Below, piece after piece: positions 60,911 through 64,000 of a DNA stretch of 64,000 nucleotides. How positions within the stretch are numbered: the first letter of the stretch is position 1; every line of letters begins with the position of its first letter. The DNA comes from Paraphysomonas bandaiensis (Eukaryota; Protista; Chrysophyceae), in contig CBFFRP010000234.1 of the NCBI GenBank assembly GCA_965644295.1, positions 62,001 to 126,000 of the forward strand, given 5' to 3'. The notes beneath the pieces were generated by a model. The model saw only the letters and a program-made list of their open reading frames with translations. It searched no databases and was not told where the DNA came from. The translations under genes were made by a program, and so were the position numbers.

Positions 60911-61734
60911 ATGCTTTACTCAACTACCTTATTTCTTGCGTTGGCGAGTGCTGTTGCGCTTCAGGTAGAATAACATTTCGTCGATGTTCTGTGTCTCGAG
61001 GCTGATGTTGTATTGTATCAGGAGGCTCCACCTGTGACGGTCGAGCTCTACTATGAGAGTCAATGACCCGGGTGCCAGAGCTTCACCACAGGCTCATTGA
61101 AAAGAGTCTTGGATGAGCCTGACATGGTTGCTATTATTGACTTAAAATTGGTGAGTTAGTGGACACGTGAGGTCCTGTGAGTCGTAGCTAACCTTTCCAA
61201 CCAGGTGGCATATGGAAACACCCAACAGAACAGAGATGGATCTTTTACCTGCCAGCATGGCGCTGGAGAATGCGAGACTGATGCCATGGAGCTATGTACT
61301 CAGTACAAGCTTTCTGGCGATATAAGCTCTATTTCCAGCGGCGACACATCACTTGCAGCTTGGCCATTCATCCTATGCATGGAAGAGGCAGATGGGTCCC
61401 CAGCAATGGGTCAGTCGTGCTATGAGAAGAACATGAATGCGACTGCTCTGCCTTGGTCTACCATTAGTGCCTGTGTCGCTGACGAGTATGAAGCGGTGCA
61501 GACTGCCGCCATGAAAGCTACTCCGAACCACGAATGTGCGTGATTTGTTAATTGTTTATCCACATTTCTAACATGGATGTAGATGTTCCATGGGTTTTGG
61601 TTGATGGCGAACTCCTTGAAAACACTAATATGCTGGAGAAGGCCATCTGCGATGCGTACACTGGTGTTCCCCCCGCAAGTTGTGGTGTGAGGTCCAATGG
61701 TGCTCTTCCTGAGGTGGAGCCCTGCTTCGCGTAG
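60911..61734 (+). CDS. GILT (gamma-interferon-inducible lysosomal thiol reductase) family selenoprotein with UxxC active site
   Basis: Exons 60911-60964, 61022-61150, 61205-61535 and 61583-61734. Signal peptide; VELYYESQ-TGA(61064-61066)-PGC; CQHGAGEC signature; YVPW. Confidence 0.9.
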
Positions 61735-61842
61735 AATTCTACGCAACGCGATAATTAAGATATTATCGTAGTATTGCTAATGAGAGTATTTGATGCGAGC
61801 AAGAAGATGTCTTAGTGGTATGTTATGTGTTGTGTTTACGCT

Positions 61843-61888
61843 GGAGGCGGAATGACGGATATTATTTAGATATCCCGATATGCTATCC
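61843..61888 (+). promoter_or_regulatory. Candidate miniature SECIS element in the GILT 3' UTR
   Basis: AUGAC/CGAU quartet with tandem G.A pairs; 7-bp helix GGAUAUU/GAUAUCC; lower helix GGAGGCG/UGCU(A)UCC. Confidence 0.55.
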
Positions 61889-62360
61889 CCGTGCTCATGG
61901 CATATATTTTGTATTTCTGAGCTCAACTTGTGAGACAAATATTCTCGTAAAGTAACGCGAATAATATATCATGATTTATATTCACAATAATGATAAGAAA
62001 TCTTCATCACTATCTTTTCCTGGTAGTGTACGATGTACGATGCTATACCATAATACATACATATCATAAATTTTATTGGAGCTCTCTACTTCGTATATCG
62101 TGTATGGTGGGAGCCAATACGAAATATTACAATATATATTTAGAGCGCATCTTGTACTCATTTATTTATTCCTCCTGAAGGGAAATCTCTTAGCTTTTAG
62201 CTCCGGCTTTTAAATAGCTACAGTAGGAAGTGGCGGTTGTGCTAACCACAGAACTTTAAGGAAACTGCTCCCGATATTCTCAGAAAACTTAATATCACTA
62301 TGTGCTATCTAATGTTGGGTTATAGATTAGAGCTACATTGCTTTGTGATGGTTTACAAGC

Positions 62361-62412
62361 TATATTGGTACAGGTTTTTAACGCCTATTGCTAAATAAAA
62401 AGACTTTCAACA
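62361..62412 (+). mobile_element. Extremely 5'-truncated (52 bp) non-LTR insertion
   Basis: Perfect 13-bp TSD atggtttacaagc (62348-62360 and 62413-62425). The insert aacgcctattgctaaataa...gactttca matches the extreme 3' end of the 39806 element. Confidence 0.82.
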
Positions 62413-63160
62413 ATGGTTTACAAGCAGCGTCTGTTTATTTATAGTTTATAGTTATGAACTTATAGACGTTGCAAAATACTGTGAGGATAAACGCATTGTA
62501 TTGCAATATATATATATTGATGTAAAGGTCCTCGTCAATACATTCAAATATATTGTTCATGAACACTGCAATATACTGAATCTTAGCTACTATTTTTAAA
62601 AAAACTATGGCAGTGGTCTTAAAAGTAATAGTGTAACAGTATATATAATATATAGGAGTATAAAAACTGGCGAAAACAGTCCGTACCATAGCAGTATTTC
62701 TACGCAGTGCGCGGATAAAGACAGCATATTTACACTTTACCATCATATACTTATCGAATCCATTTGTCTAACTCATCAAGATAAACAGTCTTATATCGTT
62801 GCTACATTAGGAAGAAAAGTGGAATATTGGTGGGAAGGTACAGCTTTAGATTGTCAATGACTTTATTAAAGTATGTACAGTATATGTGGGAGTTCTGGTG
62901 AAAGATATGATGAACAGTACATACAGTACATGTACAAGTATATCTTCAAGATATCTGGATGGACAGTGCTGGATTTTCTGGGATTTTTGTTGCAAAATAT
63001 GTGCTATTTTGATATTGCTGACGGTGAAATTTCGAATTTTGTGTGCAATTTCTCCTACATTGTCCTTGACTACGCACATAAAAATCAACCAACAGGGTCA
63101 CTGGGTGATCCATTGAACCATTGCGACAATCATTTCCGTTCTATAGCACTTGCTTCAACG

Positions 63161-64000
63161 ATGTCAGTTCTAATCTCTGCTTGCCTTGTAGCAATAGCTC
63201 TTACACTGGGATATCAATATAACCGGCATATCAATCGCATTGAAACACTATCGCGGACATATGCTCCGCTCTCCTGCCATAAAATCGGAGATCATCTGTT
63301 ACACGGACCCGAGGACATTGCATTCTCTAGAGGCAATGGTTTATTGTTTGTTTCGTCTCATAATAGACGAAATATGTCTTCCACGGGCTCACTATACACT
63401 GTCAATGTAACCTCTGAAGTAGTACGACACTTTGACATCTTATATCCTGACAACTTTAGACCTCATGGAATGGCGATAGCTCAATGTGAGAGTTTAGAAA
63501 TTTTGTTTGTTATTTCACATCGACACGAAACTAATATGATGCACACCATCGAAGTGTTCGAATATAATTTAGAACACGACTCGCTTGAACACGTCAGAAC
63601 ACTCGCCAGCAGTAAGCTAGTCAGTCCAAACGATCTCATAGCATTAGACTGTAACAGATTAATAGTGTCAAACGATCATGGTGATGGTATATTACCGCGC
63701 CTTCTTTGGGATGATGTCACCCAGTCCCGCAGGTCTGACATGGTTTACTTCGACGGAAAAGATTGGCATTTTCTGAATACTTACGCTGCTTTTGGAAATG
63801 GATTGATTTTGCACCACCAAGCTGGAAGAGATTACCTTCTCCGCTCGTCAGCTGCTGACTACTCTCTCTTAACCTACGAGATTCTGCAGTCCCAAGATGA
63901 GCATTTAACTTTGCGCTTAGTTCATGACGAAAAGTTGCCACTCTCTCCTGATAACATCGAGTTTGATGAAGTGACCGGCGGGGTAGTGATTACTGGTCAC
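63161..64000 (+). CDS. Paraoxonase/arylesterase family six-bladed beta-propeller; runs off the window
   Basis: Hydrophobic N-terminus, then HGPEDI, FRPHGM, TIEVF, SPNDL, VSNDH, FGNGL and SPDNI. Confidence 0.9.
   Translation, partial: MSVLISACLVAIALTLGYQYNRHINRIETLSRTYAPLSCHKIGDHLLHGPEDIAFSRGNGLLFVSSHNRRNMSSTGSLYTVNVTSEVVRHFDILYPDNFRPHGMAIAQCESLEILFVISHRHETNMMHTIEVFEYNLEHDSLEHVRTLASSKLVSPNDLIALDCNRLIVSNDHGDGILPRLLWDDVTQSRRSDMVYFDGKDWHFLNTYAAFGNGLILHHQAGRDYLLRSSAADYSLLTYEILQSQDEHLTLRLVHDEKLPLSPDNIEFDEVTGGVVITGH

Noticed and set aside
61064-61066. TGA as a nonsense mutation or genome-wide TGA reassignment
   Set aside because: It falls exactly on the catalytic Cys with an intact downstream frame, and other genes in the window end in TGA.
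61930-61975. Alternative SECIS (GUGA...AAAGUA loop...UGAU)
   Set aside because: Pairing next to the core is poor and there is no lower helix. It is weaker than the 61843 candidate but should be included in a SECISearch run.

Overview
Compact, intron-containing eukaryotic genomic DNA. It uses the standard genetic code and has introns of about 45-60 nt, mostly GT-AG with at least two GC-AG. Gene content and intron style suggest a stramenopile (ochrophyte/chrysophyte-like protist), but that is inference. About 23 protein-coding genes are present, most in head-to-head pairs 0.4-0.8 kb apart: ACLY/thiolase, EF-hand protein/NEDD1, WW-RING/divergent kinesin, CaMK/RLPH-like phosphatase, GT47-like/SAMTOR-monooxygenase fusion, C1A-EF-hand protease/discoidin-like protein, TFIIF-alpha/AP4S1, ankyrin/SDHD and DUF2855/GILT. 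Unpaired genes are a recombinase-CB-like protein, an NTPase-REase effector-like gene, a ThrE exporter, an RMI1-N protein and a paraoxonase. Highlights: (1) a GILT thiol reductase whose active-site CxxC is encoded as TGA-Pro-Gly-Cys (selenocysteine), with a miniature non-canonical SECIS-like hairpin in its 3' UTR; (2) an uninterrupted fusion of SAMTOR/BMT2 to an FAD-dependent monooxygenase; (3) a signal-less papain-family protease with C-terminal EF-hands; (4) a 2993-bp TA-flanked element with 1111-bp near-perfect terminal inverted repeats inserted in a divergent promoter. There are also hAT- and MULE-type MITEs with TSDs, and 5'-truncated non-LTR insertions with 13-14 bp TSDs. All calls were made by eye from motifs; no searches were run.
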